Assembly (NCBI GenBank): GCA_002811645.1
Contig: PDIP01000082.1
Span: 112,580-176,579, forward strand
DNA: 64,000 nt
DNA from: Corallochytrium limacisporum Hawaii
Taxonomy: Eukaryota; Protista; Pluriformea
Reading direction: 5' to 3'
The notes below the pieces were generated by a model, which did not search any database, had not been told where the DNA came from, and saw only the letters and a list, made by a program, of their open reading frames with translations. Positions 63,898-64,000 of the stretch are shown piece after piece; position 1 is the stretch's first letter; every line of letters starts with the position of its first letter. The position numbers and the translations under genes are program-made.

Positions 63898-64000
63898 ATG
63901 ACGCCCAATAAATTGATACAAAAATTTAAAATATATAGACTCCCATAAAACATGCTCCTGCAATGATGTGTGAGAGGAAGTGTCGAACGGGAAACCGAAA

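Overview
This is a gene-dense, intron-poor eukaryotic nuclear window with about 22 protein-coding genes, one partial gene at the left edge and two assembly gaps. Nuclear-encoded NDUFS2 with a transit peptide, plus FNIP, SEL1L, a MARK kinase, NOL8, an SREK1/SRSF11-like gene and BAG1, point to an opisthokont. A unicellular holozoan is the most plausible source; the near absence of introns would fit a Corallochytrium-like genome, but this is inference only. Only one coding intron is firmly supported, inside a GATA zinc finger. Genes often alternate head-to-head and tail-to-tail. Convergent gaps are 47-293 bp and lack long homopolymers, whereas most promoter-containing gaps carry poly(C)/poly(G) tracts, often as C(n)-G(n) palindromes. 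The most unusual items are: (1) a doublecortin-like + class-B bHLH-Zip + PAS fusion transcription factor; (2) the C(n)G(n) promoter architecture; (3) a SAM-like + zinc-finger gene resembling a transposon N-terminal module without a transposase; (4) a type IVb GATA factor with a plant-LLM-like tail; (5) a RING protein with plant/algal-like motifs; (6) an LRRC58/28/69-type LRR adaptor. No rRNA, tRNA, CRISPR array or intact mobile element could be supported. All family calls come from motif recognition by eye; no database search was run.
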